A DNA stretch of 63,990 nucleotides, filler included, from Vezdaea acicularis (taxonomy: Eukaryota): assembly GCA_026025075.1 (NCBI GenBank). It is 4 parts of 4 records of this genome, joined end to end, with 100 filler letters (N's around TTAATTAATTAA, not from the genome) between each part and the next. Parts side by side here need not be neighbours in the genome. Positions count along the whole stretch, not along the records: positions 35,163 to 52,540 come from JAPEUI010000212.1; 3 more parts are not named here. One strand, given 5' to 3'. Under the pieces are notes generated by a model, which searched no databases, was not told the DNA's origin, and saw only the letters and a list, made by a program, of their open reading frames with translations. How positions within the stretch are numbered: the first letter of the stretch is position 1; each line of letters starts with the position of its first letter. Shown one piece after another: positions 35,984 through 47,967 of the stretch. Position numbers and translations under genes: made by a program.

Positions 35984-36919
35984 CTATTGCCCCTTACGCC
36001 GTTTCCCTCGCGTTGCCTTTGCCGGCTTAGAGTCTTCGTTGATTGCCCTGCTCTTTGTTGTATCCTCTACCTCGTCTGTCGGCTTCCCAGCCTCTCCCTG
36101 TGCCGTGTCTACCTGTTTGTCCGCCAAATCTAGGACATATTCCCACTGTGCCGGCGTGACCTTCCCCACACTCAACCTCCCGAGCTTCAATAGATCCATA
36201 CCATCCAAAGGCCCGCCCGCTTGACCATATGTCTTCAACTCCGTCAGACTAATGATATGTGAGAACTTGCGCCGGAACGCAACGTGCACCACCGACCACT
36301 TTTGCTTTTCCGGCGAGTCCTTGGCGTCGTGGTAGGGGTGTTTGGGGTCCCACGCGGTCTCGTCCGGCGAATGTTCTTTCACAATCTCCATGATACCAAC
36401 GATGCCCGGGACCTTGCAATTGGAGTGATAGAAGAATGCTAGGTCGCCCTCCTTCATGGCTCGCATGTTGTTCCGCGCAACGTAGTTGCGGACGCCGTCC
36501 CATGCCTCTGGCTCTGTGCGGGCCGCGAGGTCGTCGATCGAGAATTTCACGTCGATGCCCTTCTCTATTCTGCTGTCCGGTTCGGCTTTCATAAGCCAGT
36601 AGTTGCGCGAAGAGTCACGGTCGACTTGATTCGAGGTATTATTCAGAGCGACCTGAACCGCAGTCGGCGACGAATAAACCTCTTGCTTTTCGGGCAACGG
36701 TCTGTTCTTGCCCGTTGATTTGGTCTTTGGGCTTCTCCGTTTCTTGGCTTCACGGAAAGTCTTTGCATTCTGCCCAGCTTGCGAGGTTGAGTGTGGCTTG
36801 ATTGGGGCCTCTGTGTCTGTAGTCGTGCTAGGTTTCCTCCGCTTGAAGCGCGTTACGCGTGGCAGATTGTTTTCTTCAGCAGTCAATTGTGTAGCCAATG
36901 ACCGCTTTTTGGGAGGCAT
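35984..36919 (-). CDS. THYN1: EVE-domain protein (thymocyte nuclear protein 1 / DUF55 family)
   Basis: YWLMKAEP...FSIDDL...WDGVRNYVARNNMRAMKEGDLAFFYHSNCKVPGIVG...RLSV EVE signature; basic N- and C-termini. Confidence 0.92.
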   Translation of the reverse strand: MPPKKRSLATQLTAEENNLPRVTRFKRRKPSTTTDTEAPIKPHSTSQAGQNAKTFREAKKRRSPKTKSTGKNRPLPEKQEVYSSPTAVQVALNNTSNQVDRDSSRNYWLMKAEPDSRIEKGIDVKFSIDDLAARTEPEAWDGVRNYVARNNMRAMKEGDLAFFYHSNCKVPGIVGIMEIVKEHSPDETAWDPKHPYHDAKDSPEKQKWSVVHVAFRRKFSHIISLTELKTYGQAGGPLDGMDLLKLGRLSVGKVTPAQWEYVLDLADKQVDTAQGEAGKPTDEVEDTTKSRAINEDSKPAKATRGKRRKGQ

Positions 36920-37739
36920 TCTTATGTGTTTAGCCTCTGAGCCTTAGAATCAAGGTGGCTGAGAGCTTGCTCATCGCATTGAAGAGTCTTCGCTGTTGGG
37001 GTCTCGACGCGACTTGAGGTGTAAGCCTGCCGTAGGAAAGTGTCGCCGCGCGACATTCCCGAACGTTCCCATGGACTTGAACAGTCCCTTGATAGCACTG
37101 ATAGGGGAATTATAGACGCGCAGCGAATTGCTCCACGAGTATACAGTGTGTATGTCCCCGCGGTCTCTTCACGTTTTTGGTGCCAGCCTCGACTAGGATA
37201 TTTTACAACATTTATATGCCGAGGGAAACCGAGATGCTAATATGCATATTTATTGTGAACAATGCGATCCATGGCATAGGACGGGCCGGCTGTGACTGAG
37301 AATTAGGCACTGATTCCTCTTTGAGAGGCAGAAGCACGCCGTCTCGCCCCGGTGAAAGGCCCTTTGATATGTATCTTGGCCCTGTTGGAACCCATGGTTT
37401 AAATCGCACCCCAAGATGCCATTCGACAAGCCGATGGCAAAATGGGAAGGTCTGCCGAATGGGGTAAGTGGGGTGGTGGTAATCAAAGACTCAAGAAATA
37501 TCTAGACTCCAAATCTTTTGACCAATCAGATCGCGTATATCTGACGCAATTCGTCTTTCACCAAGCTGCATGCTTGGAAAAAAGTATATGAAGGTTGCCC
37601 CACCACTCCTCAGTGGGATGTTTCAACGTCCGTGTCATAGACTCCTCTCCAGATCAACTGTCTTTAAGAGAACCCCCAGAACGTCATTTCAGAATCTACA
37701 TTCTACATATCGAAGGAAGAAGCACCTGTAAATCTTACC

Positions 37740-38594
37740 ATGTCAGACCGTCCAGATCCGCTCCGCCTTGGCTCAAAGGCACCAAATTTCACCGCAGAGG
37801 TTTGTGGCGTTCCTAAACATCTCTGGGGGAGCATTTGGAGGACTAATCCACCCATTCTAGACTACCATTGGCAAAATCGACTTTCATGAATTTATTGGTG
37901 ATTCATGGGTAGTCCTCTTCTCTCACCCTGACGGCATGTAGGCTATAAAAATGATCCAGTCTGCTCTACTAACGACGTGAGTAGACTTCACGCCCGTCTG
38001 CACCACTGAGCTGGGCGCTTTTGCGAAGCTCGAGCCTGAGTTTGCGAGGCGGGGAGTCAAATTGATCGGTCTATCGGCAAATTCTGTTGATAGCCATCAA
38101 GCTTGGATCAAGGATATCGACGAAGTGAGCGGATCTAAATTGACTTTTCCGATAATTGGAGACAAAGATCGCAAGATCGCGTACACCTATGACATGTGAG
38201 TATCCTGAGGGGCTATGGTCGACCCTATCATCATGCCTAATTGTTCTTGATCAGGTTGGACCATCAAGACATCACGAACGTGGATCAGAAAGGACTGCCG
38301 TTCACAGTGCGCTCCGTCTTTATCATCGACCCAAAGAAGATCATCCGGCTCATATTGACATATCCGGCATCGACAGGCAGGAACACTGCAGAGGTACTTC
38401 GAGTAGTAGACTCTCTGCAAACTGGTGACAAGAACAAGGTGACCACTCCAATCAATTGGGTACCGGGCGACGACGTGATCGTTCACCCCAGCGTGAACAA
38501 CGAACAAGCCAAAACTCTTTTCCCCAAGATGACGACAGTCAAGCCTTACCTTCGGTTTACACCTCTTTCAAAGGACCAGACCTCTGCAGCGTAA
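37740..38594 (+). CDS. PRX1: 1-Cys peroxiredoxin (Prx6/Prx1 type), 4 exons
   Basis: LRLGSKAPNF...FSHPDDFTPVCTTE...TVRSVFIIDPKK.IRL.LTYPASTGRN..EVLRVVDSLQ...PYLRFT. Confidence 0.95.
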
Positions 38595-39727
38595 AGCAGT
38601 ACCAATGAAGGCCGCAAGCCAGGCACTAGCTTTCAACTTTCTCGCTGGGGTGGAGGGTTTGCAACTTCGGTATCTGGAATGAGTGCCAAGGTCATTGCTG
38701 TATGATATACTCTTTACTCGTCGCATCAGTTGTGGCGAGCGCATTGAAAATTACAAAACTTTGCAGATGTATTGAATTTCGCGATGCTGTGATTCGTCAT
38801 GGCGGGGATAATCAAACGGTTCTTTAGAATCCCGTAGCATGCGCCTCCAGATCCTCCCCTAAGCGACCTCGTGATGCCGAGATGCACATTTCAGCCTGAG
38901 ATCGAAGCGTCCGCCTCGTGAAGATGTCGCCCAACCTGGACCCCCCTTTCTTTCCATTGCCAGGTTGGCATCGGACGTTTGTATCTATTGGAAGGGTCTC
39001 GATATTCGACGCGCCATATTACTTCTGACACTGCTCGTTCAATTGAAGATTGCCAGGCGCGGGTCATTCGCTGTTTGAGTAGAACGCATCAAGACCTGAT
39101 CGCTTTCGATTCCTTGGGAGTCCCTTGGGCCCAGGACAAGAGTCTTCAAACCCAAGGTAGTCGAGGGTCTTTGGTATCGTTGCACGATTATATCAACGCG
39201 CTACGAATGTTTGCATCAATCGCATAGATTTGGGTTCAGGTGAGCAGAGAATGGGGGACCGCAATCCGTTCTCCCTTTCTATTCCTAAACACAAATCTTC
39301 CCTGTTGTGCCCCGCAGCCCTGTGGTACTTGGCGAACTATCGAGTCAAGAGGCTCACCATGATCTCTATAGGAGCGGCGTCAGCGCGAGGACCGGTAACG
39401 CCCGCAAACTCGAAGTCGAATGCCTCAAAGCTAAAGCAGAGCGCCCCAAATCTCTAGATACGCTCTCTGTTGCGGAAGAGAATAGTGACAGGAGCAGCGC
39501 TTGAGCTTCACCAACGACTTTTGATTAGTTGACTCAACCGCCTTTGTCTACGATCTCCTCGATCAAGTCTTCCTATCACGGCACGAACAGTCCCTCATTA
39601 GCGAGCCTAGGCTTTCAGGTCTAGGGCCCATTCGTAACCTCATAGCTAAAGCCGACGAAAATCTCCGACTTAAAGAAAGCACTGAAATTAATTTTCGAAT
39701 CGAATTAAAAGAGCTCCTTCGGTGCTC

Positions 39728-42451
39728 ATGTCGGGACACATTCTGAGCAACGCGCTTGGAGGCACGCTAGAGTCGGGGGCATCTGCCGACTCTTCGTCAC
39801 ATATTCATGGAGCAGGGTCAAACCCTTCGAATCCGTATGGAGGTGATGTCAACACCAGTCAATCCAGTCTAGTAGGCCTGATTCGCCAAAATACGCTCGA
39901 CCAAGGAGAAGGCGACTCTGCCGGACAAAGCGCAACTTCAACTTCTCAAGCTACAGGATTATCCCCTCCGCCAAACAGGGTAGTCAGAGATACTTCTAGC
40001 CTTGGAAATGAAAGGCCCACGCCCACTGACAAGCACACGCCCCCCTCTGCAACACATAGCGGAACACCCGGGACAAACGCTGCGTCTACAAGCTTATCTG
40101 GACTAGTCTGTAATGTACATCGAACTACCGGGACGGAGCCACATTCACTGGTCGGCGCGACTACAACAATACTTGGTGATAAATTGTACGTGTTTGGTGG
40201 CCGAAGTCTTTCCCGAACGCGCCCCCAGTTGACATCGGATCTCTATGAGTTAGATCTCATCTCAAGGCACTGGACAAAGATTGACGCAAAGGGAGATATA
40301 CCGCTACCTCGATATTTTCATAGTGTGTGTGCTCTAGGGGACACGAAACTTGTATGTTATGGAGGGATGTCCCCCGTTATTCTACCAGCGGGCCAGCAGG
40401 CCACAGGGCAACAAGGGAGCAATGGGGAATCTCAACCAGAGGTGGCCGTCATGTCAGATATCCACATGTATGATGTATTTACGAGAACCTGGTCGTACAT
40501 CCCTACTGCAGATACACCTCAGGGACGATATGCCCATTGTGCCACCATCCTACCATCTTCAGGTGTATGGGCTTCATCGAATGCGCCACTGTCTGCTCTG
40601 CACCACAACCCCCCCTCTGCCGGCGGTAACCCCAATCAGGGTAGCATCGGCGTTTCAATCGATGGCACTGGTGGCGCCGAGATGGTTGTAGTCGGAGGCC
40701 AAGATAGTGGTAATCACTATATTGAGCAGGTCAGCGTTTTCAATCTTCGAAACCTAAGATGGACAAGCACGATGACTCTGGGTAAGAGTTGTGGTGCATA
40801 CCGGAGTGTTGTCTCACCGTTAATGGGAATGGCCGCTTCCCGCATAGGACGTGGGGCTGACAAAAGGGCTAAAGTCAATGGAGCTGCCGCAGACAGCAAA
40901 GGAAGTCGAGATCCCTCCGAACGAGGAATATCGATGCTCATCTACTCAAACTACAATTTTCAAGATGTTAAACTCGAGCTTCAGGTCCGTGCTCCGGATG
41001 GAACTCTCACCGAAAAGCCAATGGGAGGCGATTTCTCACCACCGGGCCTCCGCTTTCCGAATGGTGGCGTGATTGATTCCCACTTCGTCGTCAGCGGAAC
41101 ATACCTTACTTCGTCTAAACAAGAGTATGCTCTCTGGGCACTTGATCTGCGGTCACTAACATGGTCACGCATTGATGCTGGAGGCTCTATCTTTTCTCAG
41201 GGTAGCTGGAATCGAGGCGTGTTGTGGCACCGGCGCAACACTTTTGTCATCCTTGGCAATCGCAAACGCTCTCTCGTGGAAGACTACAACCATCGAAGAA
41301 TCAATTTCTCTAATTTGTGCATGGTTGAGCTTGAAGCGTTTGGGCTCTACGATAACCCACGGCGAGCGGCGCCATTGTCCGCATTTAATTCTGCGTCATC
41401 CCCTGTCGCCCCTGCGTTACCTCTGAAATCGCCTCTCGTGGCTGGTGGCCGCCCACACTCTCACGCTGCAGAGGACCTTGGTAAAGCGGCCCTTGCATTG
41501 CGTGAGCTTACGGATATGGATCTTCTTGCGGTTGGCGGGGAACGCGTCCCCGTCAATTCCCGCCTCGTTGCTCGGCGGTGGGGCCCTTACTTCAATACGC
41601 TCCTTCGCGAAGGGGCAATGGCTGCTCAAGACACCGGTGACACTGCCACTCTTCGTTCTGATACCGCGACACTGCGCCCTGGCTTAGGCGGTGCTTCTCG
41701 CAACTCGAGTATCACGATTACGCCCTCGATTGGCGGATCTTCTCAGATGTCAGGCTCAACCTTGATATCTGCGTCTTCGAACACAACAGCTATGAGTTCA
41801 ACAGGCGAACTCACAATGAACGGTCATGCAACTAGTATAGAGCTAGCGGATCCACGCACCCTGCCACCGAATACGAGGCTGCGAACGCTATATCTTCCGC
41901 ATACGCATCTAACGCTCCAAGCGTTGGTACATTTCCTCTATACGCAAGCATTGCCGCCACCTAACCACCCCCTCTGCTCCCCTCAAATATTATGCTCGCT
42001 GCTGCAGTTGGCCCGGCCTTATCAGATCGATGGACTCGTGGAAGCTTGCATAGAGAGGCTCCATCAGGTCTTGGATGGCAGGAACGCCGCGGCTGTTTTT
42101 AATGCTGCAGCAATGGCAGCTGGTGGTGGGCGAGGGACTGAAATTATGGGCACTGAAGATGACACTTCCGAGGCAGAAGGGGAGGAAGCGAGTGCACGAA
42201 TACGCCGCAAGACGCGAGCTGAAGATAGCGAAGAGAGTAGCTCAGAGGCGGATAGTGTTGGTACTGGAACAAGCGGGGAGTGGGTTGGTGTCCAGCGAGA
42301 ACAGTGGAAGGGTGATATTAGTTGCGTGGTAGGATTACAGAAAAGAGGTCTACGGGGACTGATGGAAGGCAGAAGACTTCGAGAAAGAGGGAAGGGCAGT
42401 GGAGGACCGCACGGCCGTGACGATGGCAGGGTAGGGCTTGGTATTGCGTAA
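39728..42451 (+). CDS. MDS3: Kelch-repeat + BTB-like regulatory protein (Mds3/Pmd1/Ral2 family)
   Basis: Single ~907-aa ORF with kelch motifs (LYVFGG, PRYFHS, CYGG, PPGLRFP) and a C-terminal BTB-like region (LYLPH..TLQALVHFLYT). Confidence 0.85.
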   Translation: MSGHILSNALGGTLESGASADSSSHIHGAGSNPSNPYGGDVNTSQSSLVGLIRQNTLDQGEGDSAGQSATSTSQATGLSPPPNRVVRDTSSLGNERPTPTDKHTPPSATHSGTPGTNAASTSLSGLVCNVHRTTGTEPHSLVGATTTILGDKLYVFGGRSLSRTRPQLTSDLYELDLISRHWTKIDAKGDIPLPRYFHSVCALGDTKLVCYGGMSPVILPAGQQATGQQGSNGESQPEVAVMSDIHMYDVFTRTWSYIPTADTPQGRYAHCATILPSSGVWASSNAPLSALHHNPPSAGGNPNQGSIGVSIDGTGGAEMVVVGGQDSGNHYIEQVSVFNLRNLRWTSTMTLGKSCGAYRSVVSPLMGMAASRIGRGADKRAKVNGAAADSKGSRDPSERGISMLIYSNYNFQDVKLELQVRAPDGTLTEKPMGGDFSPPGLRFPNGGVIDSHFVVSGTYLTSSKQEYALWALDLRSLTWSRIDAGGSIFSQGSWNRGVLWHRRNTFVILGNRKRSLVEDYNHRRINFSNLCMVELEAFGLYDNPRRAAPLSAFNSASSPVAPALPLKSPLVAGGRPHSHAAEDLGKAALALRELTDMDLLAVGGERVPVNSRLVARRWGPYFNTLLREGAMAAQDTGDTATLRSDTATLRPGLGGASRNSSITITPSIGGSSQMSGSTLISASSNTTAMSSTGELTMNGHATSIELADPRTLPPNTRLRTLYLPHTHLTLQALVHFLYTQALPPPNHPLCSPQILCSLLQLARPYQIDGLVEACIERLHQVLDGRNAAAVFNAAAMAAGGGRGTEIMGTEDDTSEAEGEEASARIRRKTRAEDSEESSSEADSVGTGTSGEWVGVQREQWKGDISCVVGLQKRGLRGLMEGRRLRERGKGSGGPHGRDDGRVGLGIA

Positions 42452-43675
42452 TGAATTGTATGGCACGGAACAGGTCTTTTTTCGGCGCTTCGAGTAGGCT
42501 CTGCATGATACAGCGATCTCTCAGCATAGTTTCTGCTGTTATTTAAGGGAGAACAAATGAGCTGATGATTTAGTGATTACTCATTGGTTATAGAAGCCTT
42601 CAAATCATAGCTTTTTTTTAGCCCTACGACAGCGAAACATGGTCCGTAAAAGCTGTTCCTAACGAAACTGTACTCAAAAGTGCCGTTGATCTTGCTTACT
42701 CCTAATCCATCTAGTCAGGCGTTCCGTCTACGAAAGGATCAACAAAGAGTTCGCTGTAGCAGCATCCTTCCAACTCCCAACCGACTTGACAATTCAGCCA
42801 CCAAGAGTTGCTCCTCATTGTCGAACTCAAATACCCTGGATATGACCATTCCTAACCACTGCTACGGGCTTTTCCGAGACCGCGGACACCACATAGCGCG
42901 CGAAGCTCTCTCCTACCGAGCTGTCAGTGCCATGTCCAAGTCTCACATTCAGCATCGGCCGGGCCATCCGAGAATTGCTAATCCTCCATTTTCGCAAGCG
43001 TTCCCCGCAGATCCTCGACTTGCTCTAAAGGTCTAGGTCAAATGATGGGCACGGCTCGCATGACTATTAAACATTCCGAGCTTGGATCAATCCGAGGACT
43101 TTGGACTACTTTAAATACAAGCCTAAAGTCACTCCGTACGATGTGACTAGTCGGGCCGACGAGCTTGTCTCACATAGCTTGGAGCTAGTCATGCTCTTAC
43201 TTATGTCAAATCCTCCACGCAACTCCAATTGCTTCAATCTCGAACTTCTCATTGTCGTGCATCGAGAATTAGTTGATGCCTACCTTCTTATTCGATCATG
43301 GTAAAATGCCTCACTTTGAAGACTTGAGCGCCTTCCATCCTTCCATAAGCCACCAATTTTCGAGAAAAACGAATGGATAGACATTGTAACCACAATGCTT
43401 GCAAACAGATGATAGCCATAGCCGGGCGTCATGCTTTGATGTATCAAAATCCCGCAGCTTTGACTATTGAAGGTCATCATCCTTCGGGCCATAAAAGTTT
43501 GAAGCAAAGCTTCGTTCATTCCTCGGATAAGGAACTATTGAATAATAAAACCACCTTCTCCTCTTCGTAACTTCGATTGTGATCTTATGATTCCAAGCTC
43601 TGCTCCTTTAGCTACCACGCCAGTCAAGAATTCATAATAGTCACCTGGTGAAGCCAATTTCCGACGATCTCGAAG

Positions 43676-44302
43676 ATGATGTTTCCATTGACGGGAATTG
43701 CTCTCTTCCTCTCCCTATCCCTTGCCTCCGGCCATGTGATCCCCCGCCAGATTGGACAAACGTATCATATCGAAAATATATACTACGAGTCCACTCCTTC
43801 TGCCGGAGCGTCTGGCAGAGCATTCAGTGGGTCTAACACGCACTATCTCCGATTCGAGCTCTACGACGACAACCAGGACCAGTTCTTCTACCCCTACTTG
43901 TGTCAAGCCTCTTATGTGCCTAGTGATGTTACGGGAAGTAACCCGCAGTTTTCCACCTCATGCCTGCCTAACAGCGATTATACCTTTGGGGCCAGCGTCG
44001 ATCAGCATGATGGAAATGGCGGTACGAAGTTGACTATATACCTGTTCCATCGGTACGTGTAGCGCTGACTCCACTTACGGCTGGGACTCAAGTGTTGTGA
44101 TAGATGGAGTGACCAAGATCCGGTGACCCATTCTTGCCGATCCTGGATCACATCAGCGAATGTTGATGTGGATTTGGGCAATTGCACAACTGAGCCGGGT
44201 AGTGGTGCAGGAACATGTTCTTATACTTTGGGCGTCTTGACCGCTGGCAATTTTGCTCAAAGCGTTGACAGTACACCCCAGAACGTTTGTGCCAATCCAT
44301 AA
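43676..44302 (+). CDS. Small secreted cysteine-containing protein (191 aa, 6 Cys), possibly Alt a 1-like fold; 2 exons (43676-44052, 44104-44302)
   Basis: Hydrophobic signal peptide MFPLTGIALFLSLSLASG; intron GTACGT...GCTGAC...TAG keeps the frame; exon 2 ends NVCANP*. Confidence 0.8.
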
Positions 44303-44551
44303 TGCTCTTCTAGAGCATCAATCAAAGAAGACTACTCTTAGGAGTGATTATGTATGGAAGAACACGCTGTAATCGTTGATTTTGGCCGGAGGAGGGGAAA
44401 TTACCCTCAGATTATTTTCATAGAGAATAGGCTAACATCAATATTCTTGTTTTTGGCTTTGCAAATCGGATCATGTAGCGGCTGCAACGCAGTAATGCCC
44501 TTGCGTGTATTTTTGAGCTTCTGAAGACCGAGCAAGTACGGATACGCCTTA

Positions 44552-45324
44552 TCACGCCTTTGGCCTCAAGGCATAGTACCTGACAGGGAACAAGCCCTTG
44601 GGGAAGCCATTTTGGACCTCGGTGAGAACAATTCTCAACGCAGCTTGCTCGAAAATCTTTAAGAATTTTCCGTTGGTCCTGTCCTCCCATCGAAGTGTCA
44701 GGACTACATAAGTTGAAGGCCCAGGACGTGGCAGAAATATTGGACCAACCTTGTGACACTGCTATCAACCTCATCAAATTCGTCACTACCGTCTTCATTG
44801 GTAGAGATATTTTCTTTTACAATGATCCAGCCCTCACTCTTGAGTACTTGACGGCATCTTTCTAGGTACATCACTAATTGGGAGTCGGTCAAATGCCCTA
44901 AACACCACTGATTCCATATGAGGTCATAATTTTCTTTTGGAACCCAGTCTTGCAGGCCTGTTTTGTACACAATGCCAATTTTCCCCTGCTCCTTGAGTTG
45001 CTGGAACATCTCGTCGCTCTCATAGACGGACGTAAATCTCTCTACAGGCTCAACAATATCCACCCGCTCGGAGATCTTAGTAAGAAGGCCTTTTGTGATT
45101 CGGCCTATCCCAGCGCCGCAATCAACCGCATATTGGAACGTCTTGGGAGTGAAAGGATGGAGCCGACGGAGCTTGGCAACAAAGCTTCTAGATCCACGAA
45201 GGTCGACAAGTGAGATCTCTGGAAAGCCACCAAGCATGCCATTGATATCTGCCGATATTGAAGTCCAATATTCAATCCCCGCGTCTTGAGATATTCGCTC
45301 GTTGGGATCTGTTTGCGGATCCAT
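44552..45324 (-). CDS. TAE1: Alpha-N-terminal protein methyltransferase 1, 2 exons
   Basis: YW...NGMLGGF..IS.VDLRGS...AVDCGAGIGRIT...YDLIWNQWCLGHLTD...IIVKEN...DEVDSSVTR/...LFPVRYYAL. Confidence 0.93.
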
Positions 45325-45863
45325 GGTGGTGACTTGCGAGTTCAAACGCCGTTGAATTAGATGCTCGCAGAGATCTGACATAAAGAAATGGGCCAACGAA
45401 ATCTCAGTACGAGGTCGAATTTTGTCCAGGCCTGAATATTAAAGAAGTGGTCACATGACGTACCCCAGAGATGTTGATGCAAAATACTTCGCAGCTCTGT
45501 ACTAATTCTGTGATAATAAAATAGATTACAAGCTCGTTACAATAGGGTATCAGCTTGGGGCGAAAAATAATCCTGGTTCACATCATCGTGCATAGTCAAA
45601 GGTTGGCCTCACACTAGACTGCGATAGGCATGTCGTTCCCACTTATCGAGAGCGCCCAGTTCTGCCACTTATATCGTTGCATTGTGCCCCGCGATTTGTA
45701 TTGCAGTTGCCCCGCCATAGGTTCATAGGCCTATCTCGGGCTTCGGCCCATGTCCATATGGGCATTTGCATATCAAGGGAGATCTGTGACTTCATATAAT
45801 TGACCTCGGCTGCTTCCACTTCAAGCCATACACTGATTGAGCGTGCTCATGACCATAGCCAAT

Positions 45864-47592
45864 ATGTCTGACCTTCACATTGATCTCGTAGCCCCAAATG
45901 GCAAAAAATATTCACAGCCACTAGGCTTATTCATTAACAATGAGTTCGTTGCGTCTACAACCAATGAGCCGAAGATTACAAGTATCAGCCCGACGTAAGC
46001 CACGAATCCCCATTCATGAGAGAATCCAACGACTGACTTCATCTCGTAGTGACGAGGAGGAGATCGCTTCCGTTCATGCTGCTAGTGACAAGGATGTCGA
46101 TATTGCTGTAGCAGCCGCTCGAAAGGCCCTAAAAGATCCGTCGTGGGCTGACATGTCCACGACGGATCGAGGAAACATGATGATTAAATTAGCAGATCTT
46201 GTGGAAGCCAACAAAGAGATTCTGGCGACGATTGAGACTTGGGACAATGGTCAGTTTGAAGAGGAATGTAGGCAGACCGGTTCCCTGACTTTATATCCAG
46301 GCAAGCCCTACACAGTAGCTCGAGACGAAGATCTTGCTGAAGTTTCTGGATGTTTGAAGTACTATGGGGGTTGGGCAGATAAGATCCATGGTCAAGTAAT
46401 CGATACTTCTCCTGCTAAATTTGCTTATACGGTATGGTCAGGCCCCTTATGTGGCTGTTACGTTCTCATGCAGTGTATAGCTCCGGCAGCCCGTGGGAGT
46501 ATGCGGGCAAATCATCCCGTGGGTCTGCCCTCGATTGATCCCCCCCCCTAAAGGGGTTGATTGTACTTACGATGCTACCATAGGTGGAACTACCCATTGG
46601 CGATGGCCGCTTGGAAGCTTGGCCCTGCCTTGGCTTGCGGCAATACCGTGGTTATGAAAGCTGCAGAACAAACACCATTGTCCATTCTCTACCTGGCTAA
46701 CCTCATTAAAGAGGCAGGTTTTCCTCCTGGTGTAGTCAATATTCTTAATGGACGGGGTCCCGTTGCTGGAGCAGCCATAGCGACCCACCCTGATGTTGAT
46801 AAAGTTGCATTCACCGGCTCAACTGCAACAGGTCGACAGATTATGAAGATGGCTTCCATCAACATGAAGAACATTACGCTTGAGACGGGAGGCAAAAGTC
46901 CCCTGGTTGTATTCGAGGATGCGGAGCTGGACCAAGCTGTCAAATGGGCACATATTGGTATCATGAGCAATATGGGCCAAATATGCACCGCAACGTCTCG
47001 TATCCTGGTCCAGGAGAAAGTATACGATGAATTCGTAAATGCCTTCAAAGAACAAGTCAAAACCGTGTCCAAGATTGGGGATCCCTTCTCAGAGGACACC
47101 TTCCAAGGCCCTCAAGTCACAAAGACACAATATGACCGGGTGCTCTCCTATATTGAATCTGGGAAGTCGGAGGGAGCAACGCTTTCTGCGGGAGGGCAAC
47201 CCTTCAAGTCACATGATGGCAAGGGCTTCTTCATCGAACCGACCGTGTTTACGAAAGTAACAGACAAGATGAAGATATACCGGGAAGAAGTTTTCGGTCC
47301 ATTTGTTGTGATTGCGTCGTTCAAGACCGAAGAAGAGGCGTTGAAAATGGCCAATGATACAACTTACGGCTTGGGAAGTGCTGTATTCACACAGGATATT
47401 ACTCGGGCTCACCGAGTCGCTAGAGGCATTGAGGCGGGTATGGTCTGGATCAATTCGAGCAATGATTCGGACTATCATATCCCTTTCGGTGGAGTAAAGC
47501 AGAGTGGTATCGGTCGTGAGCTTGGCGAAGAGGGCTTGAAGGCGTATAGCAATGCCAAGGCAGTCCACGTAAATTTAGGAACCAGACTCTAG
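45864..47592 (+). CDS. Aldehyde dehydrogenase (ALDH1/2-like), multi-exon including a ~38-nt exon
   Basis: LFINNEF, IIPWNYP, FTGST, LETGGKSP, GQICTA (catalytic Cys), EEVFGP, PFGGVKQSGIGRE. Confidence 0.96.
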
Positions 47593-47967
47593 ACGGCTAA
47601 CTTGTAGAAAAGGCACTTAGCTTTGACCGATTAGGGTCTTGCAAGGGACTGAGTCAATGTGCTAAATGATCTTTCGTTGCAGCAGCAATTCGTATCCTGG
47701 CTACTTTGTGAATCCATTGAAAACCGTTCATGCGCATGTGAAAATCGAGGGATGGGGTGGGCAGCAACAGTTCAAATACAAGCGAGGACGATTCGTGGGA
47801 GACCAGCGGACCAGTTTCCTAGTGCGAACTTCTCCCACTCGAGCAATTATCCCGCAAGCCTAATGTAGGCACCAAGAATGGACGTAGAGGCAGATACTTG
47901 ATGATCCTTGACCTATCGGTCGCAATGTCGACATTTCTACAACTCGTCCCCTTCTTGCCTCCAAACT

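Noticed and set aside
37440..37460. TGGGAAGGTCTG resembling the vertebrate RNase P RNA CR-I motif
   Set aside because: Short match only; no other conserved regions or P4 partner were identifiable.
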